Assembly (NCBI RefSeq): GCF_006345805.1
Contig: NC_043011.1
Coordinates: 66,290,464 to 66,354,463 of the forward strand
DNA: 64,000 nucleotides
Origin: Octopus sinensis
Taxonomy: Eukaryota
Reading direction: 5' to 3'
Shown: one piece after another, positions 27,817-40,631 of the stretch
Numbering within the stretch: the stretch's first letter is position 1
Layout of the letters: each line of letters opens with the position of its first letter
Program-made: the position numbers and the translations under genes
The notes under the pieces: generated by a model
Database searches by the model: none
Seen by the model: only the letters and a program-made list of their open reading frames with translations
What the model was told of the DNA's origin: nothing

Positions 27817-29617
27817 AGTATTCTATGTTTGACTTTTGCTTTATGTCTGTACAAGTTGGCTCCATTTCTCACCCACAGACCTCAAGAGACAATAGGTTGG
27901 AAGTTCTGTGCCATATATTTGGGTTTGTTTTTGTTGTTTTTTTTTGGTGTTGTACTAGTGAATGTCTAATACATTAAAATAAATAAATAAATAAATAAAT
28001 AAAAACAATAAAAATAAAAAAAAGTTTGTTTTAAACCTTGGGATTACATAGAGAGTATTTTGCGTAGGATATGAACAGTTCCAATGAGCACTATCTTTTG
28101 AATTTCTGCCATTTTGGGGTTTCCTGGTATCTGAGTTAGGTAGCAATCAGTCCCTTTCGCTATCATTCCCAGGGCACCTATGACAACAGGTATTGTTTTA
28201 GTCTTCAGCTTCCACATTTTGCTGATTTCTATTTCAAGATCTTTATATTTGCTCAGTTTTTGGTAGGTCTTGACAGATACGTTTATATCGATTGGGACAG
28301 TCATATCAATGAGGAGGCATGTTCTTTGTCTGAAGTCTTTCAATATGATGTCTGGCCTATTTGCATCTATCTTCCTGTCAGTTTGAATGGTGAAGTTCCA
28401 GAGGAGTGAGATGTGGTCATTTTCAAGCACAGGAGGTGGATTGTGTTCCCACCAGTTTTTTGCATGGGGCAAATCCAGGTTTTTGCAAATTACCCAGTGA
28501 ATATATTGTGCAGCTCTATGATGCCTACTGAGGTACTCTGTAGGCGCTAGAAGACTGCATTTGGAGACAACATGGTCAATGGTTTCATTTTGTTGTCGGC
28601 ATACACGACATGTTGGGCTACTGCCGTTCTTTAATATGTTGGCCTGGTAGTTTCTTGTTGGTAGGCATTGATCTTGAGCTGCTATGATAAACCCCTCTGT
28701 TTCAGATTTTAAGCCAGAGGCCATTAGCCATTGATGGGTCAGGGCTTTGTCGATATCTGCATTATACGCTCTCTTTGAGTATTTGCCATAGATAAGTTTT
28801 TCTTGCTATTTATTATTCAGAATATCTAAGGCCGCAGTTTTGGCACGGGTTTTCATGCGCCTAGCTTTTTCTGTACTTGTTTTTTGTATATCTATCTCTA
28901 ATTCCGAAATTGGTTGTATTCGGAATTCACTTAGATATTCCTTTGCCTGTTTTGTTACTGAGTATGATACTTTCTTGTTTTCATGTTTTGAGACAACTTT
29001 TAACATCCAGTCCTCAGAGTTTTTCAGGTACGTGCCTAGGCCAATTGTAGCAATCTTCATTGTTATTGCCATTTGCAAAAGACCACGACCTCCCACTTTT
29101 CTTGGCAGATAGAGTCGTTCTGTATCTGCCTTAGGGTGGTGCATTCTATGCATTGTCAACAGTTTCCTTATTTTTCTGTCGAGCTGACATATTTCAGTAA
29201 TTGACCAGTTAACAATATTGAAACTGTAAGTCACGACTGGTATGGCTAATGCATTGATCGCTTCGATTCTGTTTCTTGCATTCAGCTCTGTCTTGAGTAT
29301 TGCTCTCACTCTTCGATAGCATTCTCTCCTGATCCTTTCCTTCATCTCTGAATGCCTTATTCCGTTCCCTTCAATTACCCCTAGGTACATGTAGCTCTCC
29401 GCTGGGTCTAGTTCTTTTATGACATTCTGCTGGTCAAGGTTAACGTTAGATGTTTCTGTCATTTTTCCTTTGATAAAGGTAGCTTTTGCACATTTATCGA
29501 GGCCGAATTGCATCCTGATGTCGTCACTGAATTGTTTGACTATCGCTAGTAAGCCCTTGAGTTGTTGGTCATTTTTTGCAAAAAGCTTTAAATCATCCAT
29601 GTAAATGAGATGATTTA
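27817..29617 (-). mobile_element. 5'-truncated R4/Dong-like LINE, family Y (D3)
   Basis: YMDDLKL, FGLDKC, YLGV, CRVC...ETIDH...C, RPDIILKD and LLIDMTVP. (ATT)n at both ends. Confidence 0.92.
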
Positions 29618-29634
29618 TATTATTATTATTATTA

Positions 29635-29682
<48 letters not shown>

Positions 29683-29700
29683 GATTATTATTATTATTAT

Positions 29701-31579
29701 TTGTATTGTATTGGCATCCTTTTATATCCTGATACATTTCCTGCTGTGGCTGTGTAGTCCTATCCTGGACGAACACTCCTTCTGGCAGGTACCGCAAATG
29801 TAGCGAAGACAGTTCCTGGCAGGTTGTAATGCCATAGTCTCTTGTTTACGTCTCTTCCTTTCTTTCCATTTCTCCTCTCTCCCTCTCTCTGTCACTCCTT
29901 TGTATTCCCTCTTTTATGGTTGCCGGCAACTGCCTCCCAACCGCTAATATTGATGTTGCAGGCCTTCATGTCCCTTTTGCAAACATCCTTGTAACGTAAG
30001 ATCGGTCTACCCACAGACCTAGTACCCCAAGCAAGCTCTCCGTAGAGTATGTCCTTGGGGATTATGCCATCTTCCATACGGCTAACATGCCCAAGCCATC
30101 TCATACGTCTTTGTGTGAGGAGTGCAAACATGCTTGGTATTCCTGCTTGCCTGAGGACATCTTTGTTGGGGATATGATTCTGCCATTTGATGCGGAGGAT
30201 TTTTCGGAGGCAGCGCAGGTGAAAGATGTTTAGACGACGCTCTTGGCGTGTGTATAGCGTCCAGGTCTCACTTCCATACAGTAGAGTGCTGAGTACACAT
30301 GCCTGGTAGATCTTCATTTTCGTGGTCTTGGTCAGCTTATTGTTGTCCCAAGCCCGTTTGGAGAGTTGGGCCATCGCAGGAGCTGCATTGCCAATGCGTA
30401 TATTGAGCTCAGCGTCAAGGGATAGGTTGTAGGTGACGGTAGAGCCCAGAAATGTAAACTTCTCCACCTCTTGTAATCTGTGGTCTCCAATATGTATGTT
30501 TGGGATGTCCGATGTAGCCTGGCTCATGATGTTGGTATTCTTAAGGCTGATAGCTAAGCCAAAGTCGTTACATGCTTGCTCAAAACAGTTAATGAGCCTT
30601 TGGAGGGCTTTTTCTGTGTGTGTTACCAGAGCGGCATCATCAGCAAATAATATCTCCTTGATCAGGACGTTTCTGATTTTGGTCTTGGCACGCAGGCGCG
30701 AGAGATTGAACAGTTTACCGTCGCTTCTACTGTGCAGAAACACTCCATCATCTGATGTCTGAAAGGCATTTGAAAGTAAGAGCGAGAAGAAGATGCCAAG
30801 CAATGTAGGAGCGAGGACACAACCTTGCTTTACCCCGTTTTTATTTGGAAGGCGGCTGGTGTTGAACCGTCGTGCTGTATGGTGCCTTGCATGTCATTAT
30901 GGAAAGACTTGATGATCCTCAGCAGCATTGGTGGACATCCTATTTTTTTGGAGCAGGATGAAGAGGCCTATTCAGCTTACCGAGTCAAAAGCCTCTGTTA
31001 GATCAATGAAGGCCATATATAATGGCATTTTCTGTTACAATCACCAAGGTCACCTTTGTTTTTGTAAAGCGTGATGATGTTAGCATCCCGCATATCCTGA
31101 GGGACTCTACCCTCTTCCCAGCACTGACACAGAAGCTCATGAAAGTGCCGAAGCAGGACGGTGTTTTTGCCGGCTTTGATGATCCCTGAGGGGATGCCGT
31201 CTTTTCCCGGAGCCTTATTTCTTGCTATGGTGTCAACTGCCTTGGTAAGCTCTGATATAGATGGCGGACTGTCAAGTTCGCACATGACTGGCAAGATCTT
31301 GACACTCTCGACTGCAGCCTCAGCCACTGTAGTCTCCCGTGAGTAGAGATCCTGGTAGTGCTCCACCCATCTATCCATTTGCTTGCCTTGATCCCTGATG
31401 AGATCTCCAGTAGTTGATTTCAGAGGGGCTGACTTGGTTGCGGATGGACCGAGGGCCTTCTTCTGTTCGGCATACATCCCACGGGTGTCGCCCCTGTCAG
31501 CAGCTGACTGGATACTCTGACAGATTTCCTGCCAATACCTATTTGCACAGCGTCTGGCTGTCAGTTGGGTTTTATTTCG
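29701..31579 (-). mobile_element. RTE LINE R2, chimeric (left end like R3, right end and junction like R1)
   Basis: ORFs 29892..30803 and 30998..31477. Shares two deletions and point variants with 51790+ on the left, and point variants plus the SINE/Tx1 junction with R1 on the right. Confidence 0.9.
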
Positions 31580-31586
31580 AGTATGT

Positions 31587-31640
<54 letters not shown>

Positions 31641-31644
31641 TATG

Positions 31645-31992
31645 TATATATATATATAGTCTTTTACTCTTTTATTTATTTCACTCATTTTACTGTGGAA
31701 ATGCTGGAGCACCGCCTTCCGTCGAGCAAATCGATCCCAGGACTTATTCCTTGCGATCCTAGTACTTATTCTATCAGTCTCTTTTGCCGAACCACTTAGT
31801 TAAGAGGACGTGAACACACCAGCATCAGTTGTCAAGCGATGTTCGCGGGACAAACACACACACACGCACATATATATATACATATATACGTCGGGCTTCT
31901 TTCAGTTTCCGTCTACCAAATCCATTCACAAGGATTTTGACCTCCCGAGGCTATAGTAGAAGACACTTGCCCAAGTGGCCACGCAGTGGGAC
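31645..31992 (-). mobile_element. SINE family 1 (5' head truncated by the Tx1 element)
   Basis: Homologous to 4251-4778. Its shorter paralogue is at 10200-10333. Confidence 0.8.
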
Positions 31993-31994
31993 CA

Positions 31995-34098
31995 AACCCA
32001 CATTTTAGCGGTGAGAACGGCATTAGACCGTCACCTCAAAACCAAACATGAGGGATGTAGAGTTCGGGCTAAAGTAGGAGCATTGGTCCGTGAGGGAATT
32101 AATGTTGCCGGATGGGCCCGTACGATAGAAACACAGCGTGGCAACGAAGCCACAATTGGGTCTCTTGTCGATGAAAACGGATGCACGGTCAAGAAGTGGG
32201 ACCAGATGTGTGAAGCACTTCACAAGCACTTCGCCGAGTTGTTCGGGAGGTGCCGGACGCTGGATCATGGTGAGGCCCTTAGGGACTTCCTGTCTGGTGG
32301 TCCGCGTTTCTCAGCACGAGAGGCTGAGTGTTGTGAAGGGCCAATCACAGCCGAGGAGGTAATCGAGGTGTTGGGCAAGTGCCCCGAGGAGAAGTCGCCG
32401 GGTCTGGATGGTCTGCCCTATGAATTTTATAAAAGTATGCCAGACTTGTTCGGGCACCTGCTGGCTAGGGTTTACGCCAACTTGCAGCAGAATGGGAGAA
32501 TTCCCAAGTCTGCGAGCCGGGGGGTTGTGACTTTGATCAGGAAGGACCCGAGCATGGGGGACGAGATAGGAAACTTCAGGCCCATAACTCTGCTGAACAC
32601 AGAGTTAAAGATTCTGGCCAAGGTGCTAGCAAAAAGGTTGGCACGGTTCGTGGACAAACTTGTCGGGGAAGCGCAAACGTGCGCTATCCCTGGCAGAACG
32701 ATCCACGATAATCTCCACCTTATACGCTACTCCTTAGATAGGGTGGGGAAGCTTTCTGGCGCAGGGGGAGCACTGGTACATTTAGATCAGTCTTAAACAT
32801 TTGATAGGGTCGATCATCGGTACTTGGCGGCGGCCCTCGGAGAGGCTGGCCTAGGACCAAACTTTCGAGGTTGGATCGCTGCTTTGTATAGCGACATCGA
32901 GTCTGTAGTCAAGGTGAACGGTTTCTTTTCGAAGCCGTTCAGGATCGAGCGTTCAGTTCATCAGGGGTGTCCCCTGTCTTCGCTCCTATACGTATTGACT
33001 CTTGATCCTTTGCTGCGGAAGTTGGAGGCACTAAGGGGCGCGCCGCATGATCTATGGTGTGGAAGAGGAGCTACGCCGTATGCGGATGACATCTCCATCA
33101 TCGTGGCAGACGAAGGCCAGCTTCCAGTGGTGGAAAAACCCATCAAAACTACGAGACGGTGGCAAGAGCAAAGGTTAACAAGGTCAAGTCGGTCGGTTTG
33201 CAACTCGGCACCTGGAGGGACAAGCAGATGTCGTCCAATAACGTCGTGGGGCGTTGGACGGAAGGTCCTGTTAAGCTAGTCGTCGTCTGGATTGGTCCAG
33301 ACCTCTAGATAGAGAAAAATTGGAGTGAGGTTGCCAGCATGTTGACCGCTCTAACCCAAACCTGGTCTGGGCGGACATTATCCCTGCTAGGGAAGGCGGA
33401 GGTGGTGCAGATGTTTATAGCATCAGTAATCACCTACCGTCTGACCGTGGTGCCCCGATTTGTGGTTGAACAAGTTGGGGAGAATCTTTTCCGCTTTTTG
33501 TGGAAAGGAGGAAAGCCACTTGTAAAGCTCTCTGTCTGCTGCCAGAAACAGCTAAATGGTGGGCTACGGATGCCTTGGCTGAGGATGCGAAAACTCGCGT
33601 TAAGGTTGAGGTACCTCTGGCTTTACCTGGATGGAGAGCAGGTGTGGTCACTGCACGTCCGGTTCTAACTTCTCCAGTTAACATCCCTAACAGACATCGG
33701 TGCATGGATCAAGCGGAGACTTAAACTGGGTGAATGGCATTTGGAGTGCCGTCAGGCGCTCCAGCTACTCTCTCGGGCGTGCAACGCCGGCAACAGGAGT
33801 TCCACTACGGATTTCTATAGTGGGTTAGTGGAACTTATGTCAGAGGACGCCTTTGAAGAAACCGTGGGCTACGATGAAAATCAGTTGGTCAACCTTTTCC
33901 GGAGGACGTTCGGGCCGGGGTATCTGGATAATTACTAGAAAACCCTGGCCTGGAAGTTTTTCCGTGCGGCTTTACCTGCTTGCGACAAGCTGTCAAGGCA
34001 CGGAAGTGCCGTCTCGCCGACATGCCCGCGATGGGAGCAGGATAGGGAAACCGTCTTGCACGCATTCGTGGAGTGTCCGGAGTTATCGGGACTGATAA
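31995..34098 (+). mobile_element. Tx1/L1-clade LINE ORF2, paralogue of 10331-12565, 3' end deleted
   Basis: KSPGLDGLPYEFYK, NFRPITLLNTELKILAKVLAKRL, GALVHLDQ, QGCPLS and YADD. Confidence 0.9.
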
Positions 34099-34700
34099 CT
34101 GAGTTCAAATTCCGCCAAGAGTGATTTTGTCTTCCAAATTTTCGGGATCGATAGTCAATTACAGTAATGCCGGTACTGAAATTGTATCTATTCTATCCCC
34201 CCCCCCAAAAAAAAAAGGCAGATTAAATGCAAATTCATTGTGACAAAATTTGAACTCCGAACGTAATGCAGTACAGGAAGGTTTGCCCTGTGTGCTATCG
34301 GTCCTGCCAATTCTCTTTAATAATATAAATAACAGACATTAGCATAGTGTACTTCTTGTCTCTTATACTAGAATCATTCCTTACAAAACTTATGAATACA
34401 AAATGTAGAGTAAGTACACATTTTTCTCCTTAAATGTTTGTAACACCATCTGTAATATCCATTTTCAGGGAAAGTGGATTAATTTCTTTTCGGCATCTTA
34501 AACTTGTAAATACATAAATATTAACGTCGCAGATATAAAATTAAAGCGTCAAATAATTCACTATGCTAATAACATTACTCAAAAAATGTCATGAAAGATA
34601 ATATTTGAAAACGGTTCGAACTAACATATGTTACAGCATCTTCTAAATAAATCTATTTAAGGATAAGTAAAGAATTGCGTGTTGTAGAGACTGAATCACT

Positions 34701-34737
34701 ATGAAACTTACTCTGTTCATTTTTGCTCTCCTCTTTG
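34701..34737 (+). CDS. Secreted Cys-rich peptide, copy 2, exon 1 of 3
   Basis: Identical to 16989-17025, with the GTAAGT donor. Confidence 0.8.
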
Positions 34738-35802
34738 GTAAGTAGTTATTGCAAAATTATTTTATATTATTGTCATATGTCTGATGAGTTCATATTTTAC
34801 CATGTGAGATTTCCATCAATATATCTAGCAACAATATTTCTACGAGATTTCTCCATACGTATAATATTTATCTGTACCTCCTTTATACAGCTATAGTTTG
34901 TCTAAATCGTATTCACTGGCATTAAGCACCCATGTTATATGTGTATATATGTGTGCGTGTGTGTGTGAGTGTGTGTGTGTACACGGGCCTGTGTGCATGT
35001 GTCTGTGCATATATGTGTATAAGCATATATATGCATTCATATGGTTATAAATACATTTAGATATATATGTGTGTATGTGCTTGCATGGGCGTGTTTGTGT
35101 GGTTGTGTGTCTGCGGAAATGGTGTTTCTTATGTCACCCTATCATAACAATTTCCGTTGATTTGAAAGAGTCAGCAATACATTATATTGACTGAATATTT
35201 GTTATAATTTCACAAAACTAGTTTCGAGTATGACTTTGTAGATTTGGTCAACCAGCAAACATGGGACTGGTTGTAAGGGGTGCATGGATACGCGCGATCG
35301 CTTGTGTGTATTTATTTATGTGCAAACAGGCGAAATTGTGTCTGCTTCTGTGGTTAATGAAAAAAAAATACGTTTATAAAATTCCAAAATCTGACGCTTA
35401 GGAATTCAACAGAAAACAACTTTAAAAAAATGAATAGGCAATTTATTAAGACAAAGATTTCAGTTAAGATCTCCCCAGAAATAAAAAGCCATCTTTAACT
35501 TATAAACTTTGCATGTCATCTACAAAAAAACATGACAGCAGTGCATAGATGACTTGTCAGTAGTCACACCTTATAACCTTGAATGGCTGCAGACGTACTG
35601 CACCGCATAGACACATATCTCGTTTAAAGAAAAAAAGCCCAAACGTTAAAAACAAAACTGGAGTGATTTTACTCAGTTATTTTTGTAAGATTTGATGCCA
35701 TAAAATATAACGGTTGACGTAAATTACCTCAAAAAATGTGTTGTAAATTCTATTCAGAGTATTACATATGCAACCACTAACAACCAAACTTTACTTTTCT
35801 AG

Positions 35803-35905
35803 GGAACCTATTCGCAGTGGATGTCAAGAAATGCGAAGGTTTAGCGAGAAAACATTGCGCTAACGATTTTGCGCACTTTCAACAATTTTATATAGAAACT
35901 TGCGA
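35803..35905 (+). CDS. Secreted Cys-rich peptide, copy 2, exon 2 of 3
   Basis: Identical to 18091-18193, with the same splice signals. Confidence 0.8.
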
Positions 35906-35909
35906 GTAT

Positions 35910-35944
<35 letters not shown>

Positions 35945-35971
35945 TACTGAAATCTATCAACGATAATATTA

Positions 35972-36032
<61 letters not shown>

Positions 36033-36037
36033 CTCTA

Positions 36038-36068
<31 letters not shown>

Positions 36069-36124
36069 ACCTTTCTATATATATACATATTTATATATAT
36101 ATATATACATCCATCAATCCATAC

Positions 36125-36178
<54 letters not shown>

Positions 36179-36196
36179 GTATATATAACTGAAAAC

Positions 36197-36250
<54 letters not shown>

Positions 36251-36390
36251 GTGCACGTATATATGTGATTGTATATGTGTATTATATATATACACACATA
36301 TAAGAGTAATGAATAATGGGGAGACACGCAGATGTTATTTAAACCTTTTATAAAACCAATTCAATAACATTTTGTGAGTTTGTGTTTCAG

Positions 36391-36430
36391 TCTTCCAGGG
36401 AATTATCACCCATGCAAGTGTGATTACTAA
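36391..36430 (+). CDS. Secreted Cys-rich peptide, copy 2, exon 3 of 3
   Basis: Identical to 18679-18718. ATTAAA at 36496-36501. Confidence 0.7.
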
Positions 36431-36507
36431 CTTCTTAGGCACCTGTGTAACGTTAGGCTCCCCCTTTAGCTGTTTCTCTGGATATTTCCTTGTAAATTAA
36501 ACACACT

Positions 36508-36551
<44 letters not shown>

Positions 36552-36558
<7 letters not shown>

Positions 36559-36830
36559 ATCACGTGACCGACTAGACCATCAGATGTTGTTACACATCGC
36601 TGGTCACAATGCGTTCGAATGACGCCAAGCGAGCAGGCCAAGAGAAGTAAGAGTGGGAGAAAGACTGGTGAAAGAGTACAGCAGGGATCACCCCACCCCT
36701 GCCGGAGTCTCGTGGAGCTTTTAGGTGTTTTCGCTCAATAAACACTCACAACGCCCGGTCTGGGAATCGAAACCGCGATCCTACGACCGCGAGTCCGCTG
36801 CCCTAACCACTAGGCCATTGCGCCTCCACA
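36552..36830 (-). mobile_element. tRNA-derived SINE family 2
   Basis: Paralogue of 18839-19113. Confidence 0.85.
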
Positions 36831-36838
36831 CACTCATG

Positions 36839-36889
<51 letters not shown>

Positions 36890-37166
36890 TGTGTGTGTTT
36901 GTGTGTGTGTGTGTGTGTGTGTACATATATATGTATGAATGTGTATGTATATTCGTGTGAGTGCGCACCCGTGCTTGGCATTCCGTGACCGATAGACGAA
37001 GTATAAATCTGATTTGTTCGTTTAAAACCCTTCAAGTCAGTCACCCTGAATGGCTACAGTCACATTATTAAAGGATGTAAAAGCATTAATAAATAAAAGA
37101 AAATATATCCCCAAGCGTAAACAAATTACATGATTATTTACTATATGCGTATTAACTTATTTAATA

Positions 37167-38306
37167 CGAGGGGCGTTCAATAAGTAATGCCCCTGACCCA
37201 CTTCCCATAGCGGTAGAGCCACGAAATGTGGCACAGTTATTAGTCTTTTCCTACATAGGAATTACCCAGAGGTATGCATTCCTCCCATCGTTTCATACAG
37301 CTCTGGAGACCGTTTTTGTAGAAGACCCCAGCTTGGTCCTCCAACCACGAAGTGACTTCAGAAATCAAGCTGCATCATCTGGGAAACGCTTTCCTTTCAA
37401 AATCACCTTCATGGCTGGGAAGGGGTGAAAGTCAGAGGGTGCAAGGGGAGGAGTTCATAGCTGCACGCCTGTGCTTCTGATCTGGTGACACGCGAGTTGT
37501 GTACCGGAGCGTTGTCCTGCAGGAGGAGGATGAATTTGCTGATCTTGCCCCGCCTCTTGATTTTGATAGCTTCTCTTAATTTCCTCAAAAGTGAAGCATA
37601 ACAGGCTCCTGTAATTGTGGTACCCTTTGCCAGGAAATCTGTCATCACTACTCCGTCCTGGTCCCAGAAGACTGTTAGCATAATCTTGTCGGCGGAGGGC
37701 TGCACCCTTGCCTTCTTTGGCACATCTCCTAATTCATCCTCGAGCACTCAACGCGTTCTTGCTTCTGGAAAGGTGTGAGCAACCTGGAAATCCATCTGGC
37801 AGACACCTTTTGCATATGCAAATGGTCATGAATGATAGTTTCCACAGACCCGGTACTAAGCTTGACCTTATGGGCTATTTGGCGAATAGTTATGCGTTGA
37901 CCTTCCAAAATGGCAGGCTCAACTTGACGAACAGACGTCTCATCAACGGAAGAAGGGGGCGACCAGATCTGGGAGCTGTTTCCACTGAGTTCCGACTATA
38001 TTTGAATTCACAATGCCAGCGTTTTACAAGGTCATTTGATGGGGCATCATCACCATAAGTTACTTTCATTTCATCAAAAGTCTCCCGTGGTGTGCGTCCT
38101 TTCAAATACAAAAACCAGATCACTGCTCGACACTCAACAGGCTCCATTTCACACTTGACTCAGTTCAAACACCTGTAAATCAGAAACCACAATTAGTTCA
38201 AAGATGCAATTTATCTATAGAGGTATGAATAAGTGCACATGCAAAATTTCAGCCAGATCAAGCAACTGCAAGTGGGTCAGGAGCATTACTTATTGAACGC
38301 CCCTCG
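37167..38306 (-). mobile_element. Mariner with a small internal deletion
   Basis: Both TIRs and TA flanks present. MEPVECRAVIWFLYLKG start and QDNAPVH. Orthologous insertion to 19311-20012. Confidence 0.92.
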
Positions 38307-38499
38307 TATGTTGCAAAGGCCGGTCTTATCAGTATTTATTGGACGGGTAGAAGTTTATCAATGACGAGTGCAAACTCGGCATAGATAAACTTTTAGCTAT
38401 ATATTCTTGCATTGATCATTTATGTTAACAAATGTATTAATATACTCCCCCCAAAAGCATATTTATATGCAGGGAAACAAATTGTTTTTCAAGTGGCTG

Positions 38500-38709
38500 T
38501 GTTGTAAGTAGCTTGCTTACCAACCACAGGGTTCCGGGCTCAGCCCCACTGCGTGCAACCTTAGGCAAGTGTCTTCTGCAATAGCCTCGGGCCGACCACA
38601 AGCTTGTGATTGGATTTGGTAAACGGAAACTTAAAGAAGCCCCTTCGTATATATGTATATGTATATATATATATATGTATATAGAAAAATATATATATAT
38701 ATATGTGTC

Positions 38710-38741
<32 letters not shown>

Positions 38742-39450
38742 TGTGTTTGTGTGTCTGCGTTCGTGCCACCAACATCGCTTGATAACCGATGCTGGTGTGT
38801 TTATGTCCCCGTTACTTATCAGTTCGGCAAAAGAGACCGTTAGAGTACGTACTAAGCTTACAGGGAATAAGTCCTGGGGTCGATTTGCTCGACTAAAGGC
38901 GGTGCTCCAACATGGCCACAGTCAAATAACTGAAACAATTAAAAGAGTAAATATTTCAATGTTCCTTTTCTTAGTGTGGGACTACATGTTTCATTGATCC
39001 TTTTCAGCACCTACATTCAATTTCTGCGTTGCTTTGAAAGAAGAGACGATGACTGCTTTGAATACTTTAAGAAGAAGCACTTCTGTCGCGTAAGCACTTT
39101 ATTAACCTATTTTTTGTTGGGAGGCGTATAAACTGAAGAATCAAATAGTATAGAAAACAACAAACAGAAATTTTGTTGATGGTTCGTTGAAATCTCACAG
39201 GTATTCGACAAAAGAAATGATTATGTTGTGCGGAATTTAACTGACAAGAGCTCTGTCGTCATAAATTTAACATAGGCCTATGAGTGGCTGTATGGTAAGT
39301 AGCTTGCTTACCAACAACATGGTTCCGGTTTCAGTCCCATTGCGTTGCACCTCGGGCATGTGTTTTCTACTATAACCTCGGGCCGACCAAAGCCTTGTGA
39401 GTGGATTTGGTAGGCAGAAACTGAAAGAAGCTCGTCGTATATATGTATAC

Positions 39451-39483
<33 letters not shown>

Positions 39484-39735
39484 GGTGTACGTGCGTGTGT
39501 ATGTGTGTGCGTATGTTTGTGTGTATGTTTGTGTGTCTGTGTTTGTCCCCCCAACATCGCTTCACAACCGATGCTAATATGTTTACGTCCCCGTAACTTA
39601 GTGATTCGGCGAAAGATACCGATAGAACCAGTTCTAAGCTTACAAAGAATACGTCCTGGGATCGATTTGCTCAACAAGGCGGTACTCTAGCGTGGCCACA
39701 GTCAAATGAGTGAAATAAGTAAAAGAGTAAAAGAG
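38500..39735 (+). mobile_element. Two SINE family 1 copies (about 38500-38950 and 39288-39735)
   Basis: Paralogues of 20205-20660 and 20997-21453. Confidence 0.85.
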
Positions 39736-40196
39736 TCGGATACGTTAATATTGTGAGTAGATTTAGTTGCAAATAATGATGAAAAGGCGATATCTCCCTT
39801 ATTATTATCCGAAGTAATTAAAGTGTTTGCAAAATATTATTGATTAGCTCAGAGTAATCATCCATGCGACACGTTCTACGTGTGTAAGAAAGAGTTCAAA
39901 GCAGGAATGTCGAATACACCGTATATTGGTCATGGCATCAAAACGATTGACAGGAAAAGCACCCAGAACAAATTTTCCGAAATATAGTTCAACATTTGCT
40001 TCTCATTGGTATCCAAATAAATTTGAACGAACATTTAATCGCTGAAGTCATAGAGTATATTACATATTTCGTTGTGAGGTTTTATGGAATCCGGATCAAA
40101 CTCAGGTTGCATTTGTGAAGATAAAAATAAATACAAAATGTTTCGTATTTATAATTTTATATTAATTTATTATTCCTTCTTTTATTTTAGGCGTGG

Positions 40197-40584
40197 ATGA
40201 CTGATTTGAACACCGGTAACAAAGTTAAGGTACGCGATATCATCTGAACTATTTTATCATAATTTTAACTGCTTTATAACTGATGCAAATTGTAATTTAA
40301 CACGGAGGATATAGCTAATGCAACATACCATTTTTGCAACATAACGTTATACAGAGAATGTCTGTGTAATACAGATTTATGACATTTGTAAAATATTTGA
40401 TCAACTACATAATAACATTCCTAGTTTAATATAAAATAAGTTAACGTACCCATTATTACTTGTATTAGTATTATTAACCAACTGCCAAAATGATTACGAT
40501 ATCAATCCAATGGATGATCACATATCAATATGGTGCGCGTACATTGACATCACTGTTTCTCATTATATATATGTAATGATATAT

Positions 40585-40631
<47 letters not shown>

